Assembly (NCBI GenBank): GCA_963663405.2
Contig: CAXXSM010000061.1
Location: forward strand, 1 to 64,000
Length of the DNA stretch: 64,000 nt
From: a bacterium
Lineage (GTDB): Bacteria > Hinthialibacterota > Hinthialibacteria > Hinthialibacterales > Hinthialibacteraceae
Direction of reading: 5' to 3'
The position numbers were made by a program, and so were the translations under genes. The notes beneath the pieces were generated by a model that worked only from the letters and a program-made list of their open reading frames with translations, was not told the origin of the DNA and did not search any database. Within the stretch, counting starts at the first letter, position 1, and every line of letters begins with the position of its first letter. This document shows positions 61,763 to 64,000 of the stretch, one piece after another.

Positions 61763-63061
61763 ATGAAGCGTTGGATCGTAATTATGCCGTTCCTTTTACT
61801 TTCTTGTCAGATTGAAGACAATCGAATCGAAACGCTACTGGCCAACCTCAAAGCAAGCAGCACAGAGACCTTCGACGATCATTATGAGAAGTTAGAAGCG
61901 TACATGGAGAATCACATAACGCTTGGAAACATCGAAAAGATTCTGCAGTCCCTTTCGGAGGCGTATCCAAAGAGAAAGTATGAGTTTGAGGATACTCAAA
62001 CCGATTTAATACGTCTGATTCTTGGTTATCAAAAAGTCGATGTCGTCCCCCTGCTGGCAGAGGTCTGGCCATCCGTCACGAAATCCGCCAAAGAGGCGAT
62101 TGTGTTTTCACTTACCTACATCCCTCATCGCGAGGCTGTCGATCTCGCTTTTCAGATTCTGAAAGAGAGCGCCACGGATCCTCTTGATTCGCTGATTATA
62201 GACGGTTGGGAGGAGAATCCTGAAATGGCGGATCTTGTCTTCCCTGCGCTGCTGGATTACCTTCGGATCGAGCATTATCGCCATAGCATTCTTTACCTTT
62301 TGTTCCATTACCTGGATAAGGATTCCTTAACGCAGGAAAGACTCAAAGACAATATTGATGGTTTGGTAAAAACATTTGACACCGTACAATCCTCAATCGA
62401 TGAATTAACATTGGATCGGACCAGGAAAAATTGGTTTTACGAAGAGAACTATGCGGGTTTGCGAGGGGAGAAGGCTCTATTGTTGGATATATTTGGTTTT
62501 CTCACTGATGATAGGATCGATAACCGGCTTGAGAAGAACCTCGCCTCGCCCGATCCACGAATGCAATATTTCAGCCTGAAATCACTTTATCGGAAACGAA
62601 AAACTCTGAATGAAGCGATATTCAAGTCCATCGCCAAAGACAATGAAATGCGCAAGTGGCTCTTCGAGTTTGCGCAGGAAAACAACCTCCTGTCGCGTAT
62701 CAATGAACCGAACTTCACCCAAGAAAAACTCGCGGAATCCGACATGGTAAACTGGCTGATCTATCCGACGGAATTGGGCGCCGCGCCGGATCAGATCGAA
62801 CTGAAAGAAATCATCACGATGGGCGATGAAAGTGAGATACAGGATTTCTACTTGTTCCGGTACAAAGTAAATCCCCCACACTGGGCCGCAGAAGATGGCT
62901 GGATGGCAGGCCTCTCCGGCTACTACATAAGAAGCGAAGCCCCCACAGTAAACCCCTACGGCTATACATTCAGCACCTTTACAAAATGGGATGAGAAGAC
63001 TCCAAAAGAACATTTTGAAGAAATTACTGGATTGATTGAGAAACACTATTCTGAGAGATGA
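61763..63061 (+). CDS. Hypothetical lipoprotein, HEAT-like helical region plus C-terminal domain
   Basis: Lipobox LLSC; LAESDMVNWLIYPTELG..PD.IE motif. Confidence 0.7.
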   Translation: MKRWIVIMPFLLLSCQIEDNRIETLLANLKASSTETFDDHYEKLEAYMENHITLGNIEKILQSLSEAYPKRKYEFEDTQTDLIRLILGYQKVDVVPLLAEVWPSVTKSAKEAIVFSLTYIPHREAVDLAFQILKESATDPLDSLIIDGWEENPEMADLVFPALLDYLRIEHYRHSILYLLFHYLDKDSLTQERLKDNIDGLVKTFDTVQSSIDELTLDRTRKNWFYEENYAGLRGEKALLLDIFGFLTDDRIDNRLEKNLASPDPRMQYFSLKSLYRKRKTLNEAIFKSIAKDNEMRKWLFEFAQENNLLSRINEPNFTQEKLAESDMVNWLIYPTELGAAPDQIELKEIITMGDESEIQDFYLFRYKVNPPHWAAEDGWMAGLSGYYIRSEAPTVNPYGYTFSTFTKWDEKTPKEHFEEITGLIEKHYSER

Positions 63062-63100
63062 ATGTGATTGATGATATACATAAATATTAGTAAAAGATTA

Positions 63101-63134
63101 CGGTGGGCTACGCTTCGCTTTTAGCCCACCCTAC
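63101..63134 (-). repeat. GTAG-type REP element
   Basis: Minus strand GTAG-GGTGGGCTA-AAAGCGAAGCG-TAGCCCACC-G: a GTAG tetranucleotide followed by a 9-bp stem. Confidence 0.75.
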
Positions 63135-63143
63135 AATTCTTAG

Positions 63144-63923
63144 TTATCCCTTCCCCCGCCGTTTCAGCCGCCGGTACCAATCTGAATATTCTTCAAACAA
63201 TGGATGTTCGCGCGCGGCGTTGGGATCGATTTTTTCGCACTCTTCCTGCCTTTGTTTGATGTATTCCTGCACATTGAACGCTGGATCGTTCAACCGGTCT
63301 TTCATCGTCTCGATCCGCCTTCTCAGTTCCTCTTCCACCCGGTTCCGGAGAGCGATCGTTTCCTCTACCTGTTCAAAAATCTCTGCTTCGAATGATTTTA
63401 GAAATGGCTTATCCGAGAGCATTTCGTTCCAATACGATTGCATCTTATCCGCATCGGCTGTCTTCGCCAATGCGATCAATTCTTCTTCACACAACCACGC
63501 CTCATGCGCCTGTTCCGCTTCTTCATCCAAAGCGGGTGATTCGTTTTGGGGAGCGCCGCGATATCCATTCCGGCTTTCCCGTTCCATCCGATCCCGCCGG
63601 GCTCTTTCGATCCGATCCTTGATCCAACGGTATGGTCCTTTGCCGTTCCGGTCACAATACGCTTGGAAATCCAACAATCCCGCCTCGATATCCGCCCGTT
63701 CATACGCGCCGTTCTCAAAAATCTCTTCTTTCAAAAAACGCGCCGCTTTCGAACGATCCGCTTCACGGGGGAGAGATACATATTTCAGCGCTGATTCCAG
63801 CAAATCCCGCAATTCCTCTCCATCGGTTTTTTCCAAAAAATCAAATAAATCATCGTTTGTGTGGGTGTGTGTGGATGAATCCATCGCGTTTCTCTCGTTC
63901 GAAGTCGTCTCTTCTTGATTCAC
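63144..63923 (-). CDS. Hypothetical charged helical protein
   Basis: 259-aa ORF rich in E/R/D; true start may be 63884. Confidence 0.6.
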   Translation of the reverse strand: MNQEETTSNERNAMDSSTHTHTNDDLFDFLEKTDGEELRDLLESALKYVSLPREADRSKAARFLKEEIFENGAYERADIEAGLLDFQAYCDRNGKGPYRWIKDRIERARRDRMERESRNGYRGAPQNESPALDEEAEQAHEAWLCEEELIALAKTADADKMQSYWNEMLSDKPFLKSFEAEIFEQVEETIALRNRVEEELRRRIETMKDRLNDPAFNVQEYIKQRQEECEKIDPNAAREHPLFEEYSDWYRRLKRRGKG

Positions 63924-64000
63924 ACACTCTGTTAAACACTTTGTTCCCTTTGTTATCTTTATCTTGTCTGTCTCATCCGGAGCGGGGCATTTAGGGCTGT

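Noticed and set aside
63103-63918. 271-aa plus-strand ORF
   Set aside because: Ser-rich antisense shadow of the minus-strand gene; it begins inside the REP element.

Overview
Bacterial chromosomal window of about 48-50% GC by eye, with AT-rich intergenic regions. The prepilin-like protein style, Tat-exported sulfatase and hydrolases, AlgE-type porin and PorU-like C25 peptidase suggest a poorly characterised diderm lineage such as Hinthialibacterota/OLB16 or Sumerlaeota; this assignment is inference only. Housekeeping genes (partial ppk2/pap, valS, miaB, thiC with a TPP riboswitch, nadA, guaB) are interspersed with many secreted or envelope proteins. These include a clan GH-A-like hydrolase, tandem RlpA genes, a C25 peptidase, two GT-C glycosyltransferases, a repeat-rich secreted protein, an atypical M1 peptidase and a sulfatase. 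Accessory elements are an ECF sigma/ZAS anti-sigma/truncated secretin-like operon, a stand-alone MAD3/MAD4-like ATPase-TOPRIM pair, an intact higBA, and two orphan antitoxins (one with a frameshifted vapC relic). The most notable non-coding signals are a 48-49 bp motif in three dispersed intergenic copies (12.9, 31.0 and 60.0 kb), inverted GTAG-type REP copies bracketing a two-gene cassette, and other REP/MITE-like palindromes. No rRNA, tRNA, CRISPR array or intact transposase was recognised.
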